A stretch of 64,000 nucleotides of DNA from an uncultured Polycyclovorans sp. (GCA_936928855.1 CAKZHZ010000019.1:76310-140309); one strand, 5' to 3'; numbered from the stretch's first letter, positions 37,518 to 48,431 are shown. Notes: a model not told the origin generated them from the letters alone. A program made the numbers and translations.

Positions 37518-38732
37518 ATGGCGAAGCTTCACAAGGTCCTGGCCATGCTGGGGGCGCTGGTGACCGGGCTGTTCCACGCGGCCGGCGCCTGGGCCTACAC
37601 CGAAACCAGTGGGGGTTGGAACCTGCCGACCGGCGCAACGGGCATCGCCAAGGAGGTGTATGACCTCCACATGATGATGTTCTGGGTGTGCACCGTCATC
37701 GGTATTCTGGTGTTCGGCGTGATGATCTACTCCATCTTCAAGCACCGGAAATCGCTGGGCGCGAAGCCCGCCAGTTTTCATGAGTCGACCACCGTGGAGA
37801 TCATCTGGACCGGCCTGCCGTTCCTCATCCTGATCGCGGTGGCGGTGCCCGCCGCCGGCACCCTGATCCGCATGGAAGACACTCGCAATGCCGACATGAC
37901 GGTGAAGGTCACCGGCTATCAGTGGAAGTGGGAATACGAATATCTGGGAGAGGACGTTCAGTTCTTCTCCAACCTGTCGGCGGCGTCGAACGAAGCGCGC
38001 CAGCTGGGTTCGGGCGTCGACGTCAATACCATTGACAACTACCTTGTAGATGTCGACAAGCCGCTGGTGCTGCCGGTGGGCAAGAAGGTGCGCTTCCTCA
38101 TCACCTCCAACGATGTCATTCATGCCTGGTGGGTACCGGAGCTGGCCGTCAAGAAGGACGCCATCCCGGGCTATATCAACGAAACCTGGGCGCTGATCGA
38201 GAAGCCGGGGGTTTACCGTGGCGTCTGTGCCGAGCTGTGCGGCCGTGACCACGGTTTCATGCCGATCGTGGTGGAAGCCAAGTCGGAAGCTGATTACGCC
38301 GCCTGGCTCGCGCAGCAGCAGGGCGGCGAGTCAGCGCCGGCTGCCGCCGAAGCGACGCCGGCCGCCAGTGCCCCGACGCAGGAAGTGGCGGCTGCAGATA
38401 CGGTGGCCACCGATGCTGCGGAAGCGGCCGCGGACATGAGCCAGGCCGACCTTGTGGCGGCCGGTGAGAAGGTCTACGCACGCAACTGCCTTGCTTGCCA
38501 TCAGGCCAACGGGGAAGGCATGCCGCCCAATTTCCCGTCGCTGGTGGGTAGCGCTGTGGTCGCTGGTGATGCGGGCGTGCAGGTTGAGCAGGTGCTCAAG
38601 GGCAAGGGCCTGATGCCGCCGTTCCCGCAGCTGTCGGATGCCGACATTGCGGCCGTGGTCACCTACACCCGCAACAGCTGGGGCAACGACGCCGGGGTGG
38701 TTCAGCCCGCCGCCGTCGCCGCGCTTCGTTAA
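37518..38732 (+). CDS. coxB: cytochrome c oxidase subunit II with fused C-terminal cytochrome c domain
   Basis: GGAGAG RBS. CuA site ([29 protein letters not shown]). C-terminal CLACH haem-c motif. Confidence 0.9.
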   Translation: MAKLHKVLAMLGALVTGLFHAAGAWAYTETSGGWNLPTGATGIAKEVYDLHMMMFWVCTVIGILVFGVMIYSIFKHRKSLGAKPASFHESTTVEIIWTGLPFLILIAVAVPAAGTLIRMEDTRNADMTVKVTGYQWKWEYEYLGEDVQFFSNLSAASNEARQLGSGVDVNTIDNYLVDVDKPLVLPVGKKVRFLITSNDVIHAWWVPELAVKKDAIPGYINETWALIEKPGVYRGVCAELCGRDHGFMPIVVEAKSEADYAAWLAQQQGGESAPAAAEATPAASAPTQEVAAADTVATDAAEAAADMSQADLVAAGEKVYARNCLACHQANGEGMPPNFPSLVGSAVVAGDAGVQVEQVLKGKGLMPPFPQLSDADIAAVVTYTRNSWGNDAGVVQPAAVAALR

Positions 38733-38764
38733 GTTTCGCTGTAACCGCAGTCTGGAGTTTCACA

Positions 38765-40408
38765 ATGGCTCACGCGCACGCTCATCACGACGATCACGAA
38801 CACCACGGCCCCGAGAAGGGGATCATGCGGTGGATCAAGACCACCAACCACAAGGATCTGGGAACGCTGTATCTGTTCTTCGCGTTCACCATGTTCTTCA
38901 TCGGCGGCCTGATGTCGCTGGTGATCCGTGCCGAGCTGTTCCAGCCCGGGCTGCAGTTCGTGCACCCCGAGTTCTTCAACCAGATGACCACCATGCACGC
39001 GCTGGTGATGATCTTCGGTGGGGTGATGCCAGCCTTCGTCGGTCTGGCCAACTGGATGGTGCCGATGATGGTCGGCTGTTCCGACCTCGCGCTGCCGCGC
39101 ATCAACAACTGGGGCTTCTGGATTCTCCCGTTCGCCTTCGCCCTGCTGCTGTCGACGCTGTTCCTCGACGGCGGTGCGCCGGCGGGTGGCTGGACCATGT
39201 ACCCACCGCTGGTGCTGCAGACCGGGGATGCTTTTCCGTTTCTGATCTTTGCCGTGCACTTGATGGGGATCTCCTCCATCACCGGCGCCATCAACGTGGT
39301 GGTGACCATCCTCAACATGCGCGCGCCAGGCATGACCCTGCTGAAGATGCCGCTGTTCGTGTGGACCTGGCTGATCACCGCCTACCTGCTGATCGCCGTG
39401 ATGCCGGTGCTGGCAGGTGCGGTCACCATGCTGCTGACCGACAAGTACTTCGGCACCAGCTTCTTCACCGCCGCCGGCGGTGGTGACCCGGTGATGTTCC
39501 AGCACATCTTCTGGTTCTTCGGGCACCCCGAGGTGTACATCATGATTCTGCCGGCCTTCGGCATTGTCAGCACCATCATCCCGGCCTTCGCCCGCAAGCG
39601 CCTGTTCGGCTATGACTCCATGGTCTACGCCACCGCGTCGATCGCCTTCCTGTCGTTCATCGTGTGGGCCCACCACATGTTCACCGTCGGCATGCCGCTG
39701 TCGGGTGAGCTGTTCTTCATGTTCGCCACCATGCTGATTGCGGTGCCGACCGGTGTGAAGGTGTTCAACTGGGTGGCCACCATGTGGCGCGGCTCGATGA
39801 CCTTCGAAACGCCGATGCTGTTCGCGCTGGCCTTCGTGTTCCTGTTCACCATCGGCGGCTTCTCCGGCCTGATGCTGGCCATGACACCGGTGGATTTCCA
39901 GTACCACGACACCTATTTCGTGGTCGCACACTTCCACTACGTGCTGGTGCCGGGCGCGGTGTTTTCGATCATTGCTGCCGTGTACTACTGGATTCCGAAG
40001 TGGACCGGCCGCATGTACAGCGAGTTCTGGGGCAAGGTCCACTTCTGGCTGTCGGCGATCTTCATCAACGTCACCTTCTTCCCACAGCACTTCTCCGGCC
40101 TGGCGGGCATGCAGCGCCGCGTGCCCGATTATGCGGTGCAGTTCACCGACCTCAACGTGTGGAGCTCGGTGGGGGCGTTCGTGTTCTTCTTCGCCCAGTT
40201 CATCTTCATCTTCAACATGCTGGCCAGCTGCTTCGGTTGGGGCAAGCGCGCCAGCCAGAAGTTGCCGGACCGCGTCTGGGAAGGCGCTACCGGGCTGGAG
40301 TGGACCGTGCCGAGTCCGGCGCCCTACCACACCTTCGAGGACCCGCCGACCATCGGCGACGACGGCGAGCCGGTCAATGGCGCTGCCCGTCCGGCGGCGG
40401 CACACTGA
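38765..40408 (+). CDS. coxA: cytochrome c oxidase subunit I
   Basis: 547 aa with the canonical haem-copper oxidase sequence ([23 protein letters not shown]...). Confidence 0.95.
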   Translation: MAHAHAHHDDHEHHGPEKGIMRWIKTTNHKDLGTLYLFFAFTMFFIGGLMSLVIRAELFQPGLQFVHPEFFNQMTTMHALVMIFGGVMPAFVGLANWMVPMMVGCSDLALPRINNWGFWILPFAFALLLSTLFLDGGAPAGGWTMYPPLVLQTGDAFPFLIFAVHLMGISSITGAINVVVTILNMRAPGMTLLKMPLFVWTWLITAYLLIAVMPVLAGAVTMLLTDKYFGTSFFTAAGGGDPVMFQHIFWFFGHPEVYIMILPAFGIVSTIIPAFARKRLFGYDSMVYATASIAFLSFIVWAHHMFTVGMPLSGELFFMFATMLIAVPTGVKVFNWVATMWRGSMTFETPMLFALAFVFLFTIGGFSGLMLAMTPVDFQYHDTYFVVAHFHYVLVPGAVFSIIAAVYYWIPKWTGRMYSEFWGKVHFWLSAIFINVTFFPQHFSGLAGMQRRVPDYAVQFTDLNVWSSVGAFVFFFAQFIFIFNMLASCFGWGKRASQKLPDRVWEGATGLEWTVPSPAPYHTFEDPPTIGDDGEPVNGAARPAAAH

Positions 40409-40459
40409 TGACCGGTCCCGGCCCGGGGCAAGTGCCCGGGCCGGGATGATCACCTGACC

Positions 40460-40576
40460 ATGAACGCTCCCGACCCTCGCAAGAAAGCCCGCAGCAACCT
40501 CGTGCTCTTTGCCGTGCACCTGGTGCTGGCGGCTGCGTGCTTCGCGGCTTTTTACTACAAGGTGACGCAGGGATGA
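40460..40576 (+). CDS. unannotated 38-aa single-TM ORF between coxA and ctaG (candidate small oxidase-associated membrane protein)
   Basis: MNAPDPRKKARSNLVLFAVHLVLAAACFAAFYYKVTQG: a basic N-terminus, then one hydrophobic helix. The stop overlaps the ctaG ATG (ATGA). It is too short to appear in the ORF track. Confidence 0.35.
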   Translation: MNAPDPRKKARSNLVLFAVHLVLAAACFAAFYYKVTQG

Positions 40577-41136
40577 GCGAGCACCGGGATCGTCGCGGCC
40601 ACACGTTCCGGCTGGTGCTGGTGGTGGTGGCCATGTTCGGTTTCGGTTATGCGTTGGCGCCGATGTACGATGCCCTGTGCAATGCGCTGGGCATCAACGG
40701 CAAGATGGCGCTGGAGCAGGCCGAAGTGCTTGCCGAAGTACCGGTGGATGAGAACCGGGTGGTCACGGTCGAGTTCGTCACCACGGTGAACGGTGGCAAG
40801 GCCTGGCGGTTCCAGCCGGACACACCGCGCATTGAGGTGCATCCCGGGCAGCTGTACACGGTGACGTTCCTGGTGGAGAACACCGAGGACCGCGACATGG
40901 TCGGTCAGGCGGTTCCCAACGTCGCCCCCTGGAATGCCGCCAAGCATCTGCGCAAGACCGAATGCTTCTGTTTCAACAACCAGCCCCTGGCACGCGGTGA
41001 GGTACAGCACATGCCCGTCCGGTTCATGCTGGATCCCGCCTTGCCGGCTGATGTCGACACGGTGACCTTGTCGTACACCTTCTTTGATGTCACGGAGTCT
41101 GCGGCGAAGTCTGCAGGCCCCACCACCAAGCTCTAG
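40573..41136 (+). CDS. ctaG: cytochrome c oxidase assembly protein CtaG/Cox11
   Basis: TM helix LVLVVVAMFGFGYALAPMYDALC, and a copper-binding CFCF motif (KTECFCFNNQ). Confidence 0.85.
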   Translation: MSEHRDRRGHTFRLVLVVVAMFGFGYALAPMYDALCNALGINGKMALEQAEVLAEVPVDENRVVTVEFVTTVNGGKAWRFQPDTPRIEVHPGQLYTVTFLVENTEDRDMVGQAVPNVAPWNAAKHLRKTECFCFNNQPLARGEVQHMPVRFMLDPALPADVDTVTLSYTFFDVTESAAKSAGPTTKL

Positions 41137-41155
41137 CAATACAGAGGGAATCCCG

Positions 41156-42031
41156 ATGGCTTCCGCAGCTCCTTCAAACGACCGCTATTTTGTCCCCGCC
41201 CCCAGTGCCTGGCCGTTTGCGTTGACCGTTGGCCTGGTGTCGCTGGTGATCGGGGTTTCCAGCTATCTGGAAGACAAGACCTTTGGCGCGGCGCCCACCA
41301 TTGCCGGCATCGTCATTTCCATTTTCATGATCTATCGCTGGTTCGCTGGCGTCATCAACGAGAGTGAAAGTGGCCTGTATGGGGCGCAGGTGGATCGGAC
41401 CTATCGCTGGAGCATGGCCTGGTTCATCTTTTCCGAGGTGATGTTCTTCGCCGCGTTTTTCGGTGCGCTTTACTATGCGCGTGAACTGTCGCTGCCCTGG
41501 CTGGCGGGCGCTGGCGAGAAGATTGAAACCAACGTCCAGCTGTGGTCGGGCTTCGAGGCGGTCTGGCCGAGCAACGGCCCGGCGAATCTGGGTGGCGCGT
41601 TCGAAACCATCCCGGCGTTCGACGTGCCGCTGGTCAACACGCTGCTGCTGCTGACCTCCGGTGTCACGCTGACATTTGCGCACCATGCCCTGAAGGAGCA
41701 GCACCGCACCTCGAGCATCCTGTGGATGTGGGCCACGGTCGCGCTCGGATGCCTGTTCCTCTTCTTCCAGGTCGAGGAGTACATGCACGCTTACGGTGAC
41801 CTCAACCTCACCATGGAATCGGGGATCTACGGCAGCACCTTCTTCATGCTCACCGGTTTTCACGGTATGCACGTGACGCTGGGAACGTTGATGCTGTTCG
41901 TGATCACGCTGCGCATCATGAAGGGGCACTTCAAGCCGGAAAGCCACTTCGGCTTCGAGGCCGTGGCCTGGTATTGGCACTTCGTCGACGTTGTCTGGAT
42001 CGGCCTGTTTATCGTGGTGTACTGGCTCTGA
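41156..42031 (+). CDS. coxC: cytochrome c oxidase subunit III
   Basis: GAGGGAA RBS; seven-TM COX3-like sequence (GFHGMHVTLGTLMLFV, WYWHFVDVVW). Confidence 0.9.
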   Translation: MASAAPSNDRYFVPAPSAWPFALTVGLVSLVIGVSSYLEDKTFGAAPTIAGIVISIFMIYRWFAGVINESESGLYGAQVDRTYRWSMAWFIFSEVMFFAAFFGALYYARELSLPWLAGAGEKIETNVQLWSGFEAVWPSNGPANLGGAFETIPAFDVPLVNTLLLLTSGVTLTFAHHALKEQHRTSSILWMWATVALGCLFLFFQVEEYMHAYGDLNLTMESGIYGSTFFMLTGFHGMHVTLGTLMLFVITLRIMKGHFKPESHFGFEAVAWYWHFVDVVWIGLFIVVYWL

Positions 42032-42052
42032 TCCTTCCAGCCTGCGAATCAC

Positions 42053-42078
42053 AAAAGGCCCGCTCGCGGGCCTTTTGT
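42053..42078. terminator. bidirectional rho-independent terminator
   Basis: aaaaGGCCCGCtcGCGGGCCtttt, between coxC (+) and the convergent twin-TM gene (-). Confidence 0.6.
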
Positions 42079-42093
42079 TTGTCCGCCACCGCC

Positions 42094-42303
42094 TCAGCGG
42101 CCGGGCGCGTGTGGTTGGATCCAACCGAAGTGATAGGCCAGCAGCATGAAGGCCACCAGCAGTACCGACAAGGTGACACGGAGCTTCAGGCCGGTGAGCG
42201 TGCGCTTGCGCTGACTGTCGTCCTTGACCAGAAAGAAGGCGCTGGAGAAGAGGCTGACGATGATCGCCAGCAGCATCAGCACGATGACGAGTTTGACGAA
42301 CAT
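42094..42303 (-). CDS. twin-transmembrane-helix small protein (DUF2909-like)
   Basis: 69 aa with two hydrophobic helices. Cox-locus context. Confidence 0.6.
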   Translation of the reverse strand: MFVKLVIVLMLLAIIVSLFSSAFFLVKDDSQRKRTLTGLKLRVTLSVLLVAFMLLAYHFGWIQPHAPGR

Positions 42304-42377
42304 TGTGAGCGCACCGGAGTCAAAGCGACGATGATAAACGGCCCTGTTCGCCGCGTGCAGCGAGGTTCAGCAAAACC

Positions 42378-43100
42378 ATGAGCATCCGCCGATTTCGCCC
42401 CCGAGCGTGGTCGGTGCTGGCCTACCTGCCGGTCGTGGCGTTGTTGGTGGGGCTCGGTACCTGGCAAACCCAGCGCGGACTGCAGAAGCTGCGATTGGAT
42501 CAGGCGATCGAGCAATCGCAGGACGAGGTGGACTGGCATGCGCAGTTGCGACCGCGGCTGGATCCGCCCCTGCGGGTGACGGTGGCGGGCGTGTTCAGGC
42601 CGCAGACGCGCATCCTGCTCGATGGGCAGTCGCGGCAGCGCCGGCCGGGGTATCACGTGTGGTCGGTGCTCGAGACGCCGGATGGCGGCGTGTTGCTGGT
42701 CAACCGCGGTTGGCTGCCGGCCCCTCCGGGGCAGGAGGCCCCGGTGCTGCCCGCCCCGCCAGAAGGGCCGCATGAGATTGCCGGCCTCTGGCGGCCCCTG
42801 CCGGTGCCGGGTCTGCGGCTCGCCGCGCCCCCCTGTCAGGGAGTCGCTCCGTCAGCCACGCCTTTGATCGTGCAGTATCCGGACATTGCGACGTTGCGGT
42901 GCCTGACCGGCCTGCCGCTGGCGGACGGTATCGTATTGCAGGACCCGGCCGCGGGTGACGCGCTGGTTCGGGACTGGACGGTGGGGCAGGCGGTGCCACC
43001 CACCCGGCATTTCGGGTATGCCGCGCAGTGGTTCATGTTCGCCCTCGTGCTCAGCTACTTTTTTGTTCGACTCAACCTTCGGAATTCACGCGATGTCTGA
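42378..43100 (+). CDS. surf1: SURF1 family cytochrome oxidase assembly protein
   Basis: N-terminal TM helix, then GTWQTQRGLQKL...VLLVNRGWLP, and a C-terminal TM helix. Confidence 0.8.
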   Translation: MSIRRFRPRAWSVLAYLPVVALLVGLGTWQTQRGLQKLRLDQAIEQSQDEVDWHAQLRPRLDPPLRVTVAGVFRPQTRILLDGQSRQRRPGYHVWSVLETPDGGVLLVNRGWLPAPPGQEAPVLPAPPEGPHEIAGLWRPLPVPGLRLAAPPCQGVAPSATPLIVQYPDIATLRCLTGLPLADGIVLQDPAAGDALVRDWTVGQAVPPTRHFGYAAQWFMFALVLSYFFVRLNLRNSRDV

Positions 43101-43689
43101 CCCCGTGCTCAAGGGCCGTATCCAGTTCCTGCTGCTGGCCGCGCTGTTCGCTGCGCCGTTGCTGGCGGCCTGGATCCTGTATTTCGTCAAACCCGACTGG
43201 CAACCCGAGGGGCGCACCAACTACGGTGACCTCGTGGTGCCGGTGAAGACCCTGCCGGACGATTTCGCCTGGGTGGACGCGGAGGGCGCCGCCCGTGGTT
43301 ATCCGCTGGTGCGGGGTCATTGGAGTCTCGTCATGCCATTGGCAGGTGCTTGCGATGCGCGGTGTGCGGAAGACCTCCACGATTACCGGCAGGCGTGGCT
43401 GCTTCTCAATGAAAAGCGGTTGCGGGTGAAGCGCGTGGTGCTCGCGCCGAATCCCGAGGTGCTGCCCGAGCTGCGCGACCTGTTGGGGGCGGCACATCCT
43501 GACCTCTCCCTGGTGGCACCGGTGGCAGTGGATGACAGCGCTGTGCCGGCTTTTCAGGGCGCGCCGGCGGGGAGTGTGTTCGTGGTCGATCCGCTCGGCA
43601 ACGTCATGATGGTATTCCCGCCGCAGCCGGACCACCGCAAGGTGCTGAAGGACGTCAAGCGCCTGCTGCGGCTGTCTCAGATCGGCTGA
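43093..43689 (+). CDS. membrane-anchored hypothetical protein of the cox biogenesis cluster
   Basis: ATG overlaps the surf1 stop (ATGTCTGA). N-terminal TM helix (IQFLLLAALFAAPLLAAWILYFV). Conserved position between surf1 and ctaA. Confidence 0.55.
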   Translation: MSDPVLKGRIQFLLLAALFAAPLLAAWILYFVKPDWQPEGRTNYGDLVVPVKTLPDDFAWVDAEGAARGYPLVRGHWSLVMPLAGACDARCAEDLHDYRQAWLLLNEKRLRVKRVVLAPNPEVLPELRDLLGAAHPDLSLVAPVAVDDSAVPAFQGAPAGSVFVVDPLGNVMMVFPPQPDHRKVLKDVKRLLRLSQIG

Positions 43690-43729
43690 GTCGTTCGACC
43701 CACAGTGTAAAATCCGCCCCCCCCCGAGT

Positions 43730-44743
43730 TTGAGATTGTCCATGCGCTGGTTTTATCGCCTGACCACCCTGGCCACCGTGCTGTGCCTCTGTGTGGTCGT
43801 ACTGGGCGCCTACGTACGCCTCTCCGACGCCGGCCTCGGGTGCCCGGACTGGCCCGGCTGCTACGGTCACGTCACCATTCCGAAGACGGATGCGGATGTG
43901 GCACGGGCGGAAGCGCGCTTCCCTGAACGGCCGGTGGAGGCCCATAAGGCCTGGAAAGAGATGATCCACCGCTATCTGGCCTCCACGCTGGGCTTGCTGA
44001 TCGTGGCGCTGGCCGTGATGCGGTTTCGCCTGCGCGACAGCCGACTGCCCCCCGTACTGCCCTACGCGCTGGTTGGGCTGGTGGTGTTTCAGGGCATTCT
44101 TGGCATGTGGACGGTGACCTGGCAGCTCAAGCCCTTTGTCGTCACCGCCCACCTGTTGGGAGGGATGGCCACACTGTCGCTGCTGTTCTGGTTGTGGCTG
44201 GCGGCGCGGCGTGCCCACAAGACACCGGCCTCCGCTGCCGCCAACGGGGTGCGGATCACCCCGGGCCTGAGGCGCCTCGGCCTGGTGGCCCTGGTGGTAT
44301 TGGGGATGCAGGTTTTCCTGGGCGGCTGGACATCCACCAACTACGCCGCACTTGGCTGCCCGGATTTTCCCACCTGCCATGGGTCCTACTGGCCGGAAAT
44401 GGATATGGCAGAAGCCTTTACGCTGTGGCACGGGCTGGGCATCAACTACGAGTTCGGCATTCTCGATAACCGGGCCCGCGCCACCATTCACTTCGTGCAC
44501 CGTCTCGGCGCCATCGTCGCCACGGGGGTGCTGATGCTGTTCGCCTGGCGGCTGTGGCAGCGAGCGGCGTTGCGGCGCTATGCCGTGGCGGTCGGTGTGG
44601 CGCTGCTGGTGCAGGTGCTGATCGGCATCAGCGTGGTGGAGCTGCAGCTGCCTTTGTGGCTGGCCACCGCCCACAACCTGGGGGCCGCGCTGTTGCTGCA
44701 GACGCTGGTTGCGGCCAATCACCGACTGTGGCGACGATCATGA
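43730..44743 (+). CDS. ctaA: haem A synthase (COX15/CtaA)
   Basis: [21 protein letters not shown], plus multiple TM helices with conserved His residues. Confidence 0.85.
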   Translation: MRLSMRWFYRLTTLATVLCLCVVVLGAYVRLSDAGLGCPDWPGCYGHVTIPKTDADVARAEARFPERPVEAHKAWKEMIHRYLASTLGLLIVALAVMRFRLRDSRLPPVLPYALVGLVVFQGILGMWTVTWQLKPFVVTAHLLGGMATLSLLFWLWLAARRAHKTPASAAANGVRITPGLRRLGLVALVVLGMQVFLGGWTSTNYAALGCPDFPTCHGSYWPEMDMAEAFTLWHGLGINYEFGILDNRARATIHFVHRLGAIVATGVLMLFAWRLWQRAALRRYAVAVGVALLVQVLIGISVVELQLPLWLATAHNLGAALLLQTLVAANHRLWRRS

Positions 44744-45633
44744 CCCGCCTGGAACCGGTGTCCGGCGGGCGCCTCACCGAATACTACGAGTTGTGCAAGC
44801 CGCGGGTGGTGATGCTGATCGTGTTTACCGCGGTGGTGGGCATGTTCCTGGCCGTGCCGGGCCTGCCGCCGCTCCATGCGCTGCTGCTGGGCACCCTGGG
44901 GATCGGTCTGCAGGCTTCGGCGGCAGCGGCCATCAACCAGATCATCGACCGCGAGATCGACGCCCGCATGGCGCGCACCTGCGGCCGGCCGTTGGTGACG
45001 GGTGCACTCGGCATGACCGAGAGCATCGCCTTTGCCACCGTGCTGGGGCTCGCGGGTTTCGCGGTGCTGTGGTTCTGGGTCAATCCCCTGACGGCAGTAC
45101 TGACGCAGTTCACGCTGATCGGCTATGCCGGCATCTATACGCTGTTCCTGAAGCGTGCGACGCCGCAGAACATCGTGATCGGCGGGGCGGCGGGCGCCGC
45201 GCCACCAGTGTTGGGATGGGCAGCGGTGACGGGGGAGATCCACCCGCATGCGCTCATCCTGTTCCTGATCATCTTCATCTGGACGCCCCCGCATTTCTGG
45301 GCGCTGGCGATCGAGCGCCACAAGGAATATGCCGAGGCAGACATCCCGATGCTGCCGGTGACGCATGGCATCGAGTTCACCCGTACCCAGGTGCTGCTCT
45401 ATACGATTCTGCTGTTCGTCACCAGCCTGCTGCCTTTCGTGTTCGGCATGAGCGGCTGGTTCTATCTGGCCGGGGCGCTGGTGCTCAGCGGTGTGTTCCT
45501 GCGGTATGCGGTGCAGCTCAAGTTTGCGCCGCGGGAGGGGCTGCCGATGAAAACCTTCGGCTACAGCATCGTCTACCTGATGGGCATTTTCACGCTGCTG
45601 CTGGTGGATCACTACCTGCCGTATCCGGGTTGA
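44740..45633 (+). CDS. ctaB: protohaem IX farnesyltransferase
   Basis: ATGA overlap with ctaA. UbiA-superfamily sequence ([21 protein letters not shown]..., [20 protein letters not shown]). Confidence 0.9.
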   Translation: MTRLEPVSGGRLTEYYELCKPRVVMLIVFTAVVGMFLAVPGLPPLHALLLGTLGIGLQASAAAAINQIIDREIDARMARTCGRPLVTGALGMTESIAFATVLGLAGFAVLWFWVNPLTAVLTQFTLIGYAGIYTLFLKRATPQNIVIGGAAGAAPPVLGWAAVTGEIHPHALILFLIIFIWTPPHFWALAIERHKEYAEADIPMLPVTHGIEFTRTQVLLYTILLFVTSLLPFVFGMSGWFYLAGALVLSGVFLRYAVQLKFAPREGLPMKTFGYSIVYLMGIFTLLLVDHYLPYPG

Positions 45634-45649
45634 GCCGGAACCGGACATG

Positions 45650-45686
45650 AAAAACCCCGCCGGGCTTCGGGCCGCGGCGGGGTGTT
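45650..45686. terminator. rho-independent terminator (mainly for minus-strand rpoH)
   Basis: aaaaaCCCCGCCGggcttcgggcCGCGGCGGGGtgtt. There is a T-run on the minus-strand side. Confidence 0.6.
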
Positions 45687-45701
45687 CGGAGCCGGGTGAT
45701 A

Positions 45702-46565
45702 TCAGTCGGTCGTTTCGATGGCCTTGCGCAGCTTTTTCATCGCGGCGGCCTCGATCTGGCGGATACGCTCGGCGGAAACGCCGTATTCGTCCCCCAGTTC
45801 CTGCAGGCCGGCCTTGCCCTCGTCGGCCAGCCAGCGACGCATGAGGATGTCGCGGGCGCGATCATCCAGCGTGGCGAGCGCGGTGCGCATACGGGCTTCA
45901 CGGGCTTCCTGCCACTCGGCTTCCTCGATGGCCTCGAAGTCGTCCGCGTCGTCGGCCAGAAAGTCTTCCGGGACATAGGCTTCGTCCCCGTCGCTGGGCG
46001 TGGCGCTGAAGGACACGTCCTGGCCGCCCAGGCGGTACTCCATCTGCAGCACTTCTTCCGGCTTCACGTTGAGGTCGGCAGCGACCGCTGCCACTTCCTC
46101 GGCGTTGAGCCACCCGAGGCGCTGCTTGGCCGAGCGCAGGTTGAAGAACAGTTTGCGCTGCGCCTTGGTGGTGGCGATCTTGACGATGCGCCAGTTACGC
46201 AGGATGAACTCGTGGATCTCGGCCTTGATCCAGTGCACCGCAAAACTGATCAGCCGGACGCCGACGTCCGGATCGAAGCGTTTGACCGCTTTCATCAGGC
46301 CGATGTTGCCTTCCTGGATGAGATCGGCCAGCGGCAGGCCGTAACCCTGATAGCCGCGAGCGATATGCACCACGAAGCGCAGATTGGACAACACCAGCGT
46401 CTGGGCGGCGTTGAGATCGTTTTCGGCCTGCAGGCGCTCGGCAAGGCGCTTCTCGGCCTCGGCATCGAGCACGGGAATACGGGCCACCGAGGCCATGTAG
46501 GCATCGAGGCTGCCTGACAGGGGTACCGGCAGGCTGGCGGGGCGAACGGCGAGGGCAGTGGTCAT
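45702..46565 (-). CDS. rpoH: RNA polymerase sigma-32 factor
   Basis: RpoH box (QRKLFFNLR), and regions 2 and 4 of the sigma-70 family. Confidence 0.95.
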   Translation of the reverse strand: MTTALAVRPASLPVPLSGSLDAYMASVARIPVLDAEAEKRLAERLQAENDLNAAQTLVLSNLRFVVHIARGYQGYGLPLADLIQEGNIGLMKAVKRFDPDVGVRLISFAVHWIKAEIHEFILRNWRIVKIATTKAQRKLFFNLRSAKQRLGWLNAEEVAAVAADLNVKPEEVLQMEYRLGGQDVSFSATPSDGDEAYVPEDFLADDADDFEAIEEAEWQEAREARMRTALATLDDRARDILMRRWLADEGKAGLQELGDEYGVSAERIRQIEAAAMKKLRKAIETTD

Positions 46566-46625
46566 AACAGTAACTCCCAAGTGACCGTAGTCTAGCAGTC
46601 AGCCTGTTGGAGTGCTAAAAGCGCG

Positions 46626-47576
46626 TCAAGTTCCCTGTTTGGGGGTACCGGGCTCGACGGTGTCCAGGTGTCGATGAACGGTCCAGAAGGCGCCCAGCCA
46701 TCCCAGCGCCGGTCCCGCCAGCATCAGGGCCAGGGCGCCATCAAGGGTCAGGCCGCGTACCACGAAGCCGCTGTCGTACAGGCCGGCCAGCAGCACAGCG
46801 GGGCCGGTCATGGCGATCACGGTACCCTCGACCAGGACGAAGGCGATGAGGCTGCCTGCAAGTCCGTAGGCGATACCGCTGTAGAGAAAGGGACGGCGGA
46901 TGAAGGGGGGCGGGGCGCCCACCAGCTTCATCACCAGGATCTCCTCGCGCCGATGCTCGATCTCCAGCCGCAAGGTGTTGCCGACCGTCAGGATCACGGC
47001 CAGCGCCAGGCCCGCCGCCACGATCCATACCGCCCGGCTCACCAGCTTCAGCAGCGCGTTGAGGCGCGTGAGCCACTGTTGATCGAGTTTTGCGGCTGCC
47101 ACTTCTTCGCGCGCCGACAGGCGTGTCATCAGGTCGCGGATGCCGGCATCATCCAGATCGCCGGCGGGGCGCAACAGCACCACGCCGGGCAAAGGGTTGT
47201 CGTCGAGTAGCGCCAGCGCCGCATCGAAACCGGAACGCTGGCGGAACTCGGCCAGATTGACTGCCGGGCTCCGGTACTCCGCGCTGGCTACCCCGGGCCA
47301 GTCCGACAGGGTTTGCGCGAGCGCCTTGCCGGTTGGCTCGTCAACCGTTTCATGCAGATACAGCGTCGCCTGAATGGTGCCCTGCCAGGCGGCGCCGACG
47401 CTGGAAACGTTGCGTACCAGCACCTCCAGCCCTGCGGGCAGCGCCAGCGTGATGCCGATGACAGCGCTGGTGATCAGACTTCCCACCGGATGGCGGCCGA
47501 GCTTGCCCAGCGCAAAGAAGAAGGCGCGCGCATGGGCCTCGGCCCAGCGGTTGAGCCAGTTTGGCCGTTCACTCGC
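46626..47576 (-). CDS. ftsX: cell division ABC transporter permease FtsX
   Basis: Four TM segments with a periplasmic loop. Follows ftsE with an 8-nt overlap. Confidence 0.9.
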   Translation of the reverse strand, partial: ASERPNWLNRWAEAHARAFFFALGKLGRHPVGSLITSAVIGITLALPAGLEVLVRNVSSVGAAWQGTIQATLYLHETVDEPTGKALAQTLSDWPGVASAEYRSPAVNLAEFRQRSGFDAALALLDDNPLPGVVLLRPAGDLDDAGIRDLMTRLSAREEVAAAKLDQQWLTRLNALLKLVSRAVWIVAAGLALAVILTVGNTLRLEIEHRREEILVMKLVGAPPPFIRRPFLYSGIAYGLAGSLIAFVLVEGTVIAMTGPAVLLAGLYDSGFVVRGLTLDGALALMLAGPALGWLGAFWTVHRHLDTVEPGTPKQGT

Positions 47577-48261
47577 CATCGTCTGCTCCGCTGATGCGGG
47601 TCTGCAGCCGCCCCTCCGCAAGATGAAACACCCGATGGCCCGGCAGGGCGTCGATCAGCTCCATCGCGTGACTGGCGATCAGGATCGAAACCCCGGCTTC
47701 GTTGTAGCGGCGGAACAGCTTCATCACGTCCAGCGCGGTATCCGGGTCCAGATTGCCGGTGGGCTCATCGGCCAGCAGCAGCAACGGCTTGCGAATCACG
47801 GCGCGGGCGATCCCGACGCGCTGCTGCTCGCCACCGGACAGCACGATCGGCATCAGGTGGGCTTTGTTGAGCAGGCCCACGGAATCCAGGGCGGCACGCA
47901 CGCGGCGTGCGATGTCTGCGTGGCGCAGGCCCTCGATCACCAGGGGCAGCGCGACATTGTCGAATACGCTGCGGTCGTAGAGCAGGTTGAACTGCTGGAA
48001 GATCAGGCCCAGGTGCTGACGGTAGGCGGGCACATGACGGGGATGCAGGCGGGCCACGTTCTGTCCGTGCACCAGCACCTGACCGCGGGTGGGGATCTCC
48101 AGTCGCGCAATCAACTTCAGCAGGGTGGACTTGCCGGCACCGGAGGCGCCGGTGAGAAAAGCCATCTCGCCCATGCCCAGCCGCAGCTCCAGATTGGACA
48201 GCACATCCTGCCCATCGGCGTAGCGGTGGCTGACGCGCTGCAGGTGGACGAGGTCGGTCAT
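47569..48261 (-). CDS. ftsE: cell division ATP-binding protein FtsE
   Basis: Walker A (GASGAGKST), ABC signature (LSGGEQQRV), Walker B (LLLADEPT). Confidence 0.95.
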   Translation of the reverse strand: MTDLVHLQRVSHRYADGQDVLSNLELRLGMGEMAFLTGASGAGKSTLLKLIARLEIPTRGQVLVHGQNVARLHPRHVPAYRQHLGLIFQQFNLLYDRSVFDNVALPLVIEGLRHADIARRVRAALDSVGLLNKAHLMPIVLSGGEQQRVGIARAVIRKPLLLLADEPTGNLDPDTALDVMKLFRRYNEAGVSILIASHAMELIDALPGHRVFHLAEGRLQTRISGADDGE

Positions 48262-48275
48262 GGCCGGATGTTAGT

Positions 48276-48430
48276 GCAGCGCTTCCAACAAATCACTCGT
48301 TCTGGCGGCGCGCTTGAGCACAGCGCTTCATTGCTCATCGTCGCGATAGCGCCCGCTATCGTTCCTCTTCGCGCCTCGCGCTGCACTCAATCGCACTCGC
48401 CATCTCCAAACGCTTTGTTGGAAGCGATGC
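48276..48430. repeat. 155-bp intergenic element with 17-nt terminal inverted repeats, inserted between ftsY and ftsE
   Basis: gcagCGCTTCCAACAAA at 48276-48292 and TTTGTTGGAAGCGatgc at 48414-48430 (16 of 17 complementary). Internal perfect hairpin GATAGCGccCGCTATC. No ORF. Confidence 0.55.
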
Positions 48431-48431
48431 A

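Noticed and set aside
40537-40572. N-terminal extension of ctaG (MLRGFLLQGDAG) given in the ORF track
   Set aside because: The Cox11 TM helix and conserved N-terminus begin at MSEHRDRRGH (40573). The extension overlaps the separate 38-aa TM ORF in another frame.
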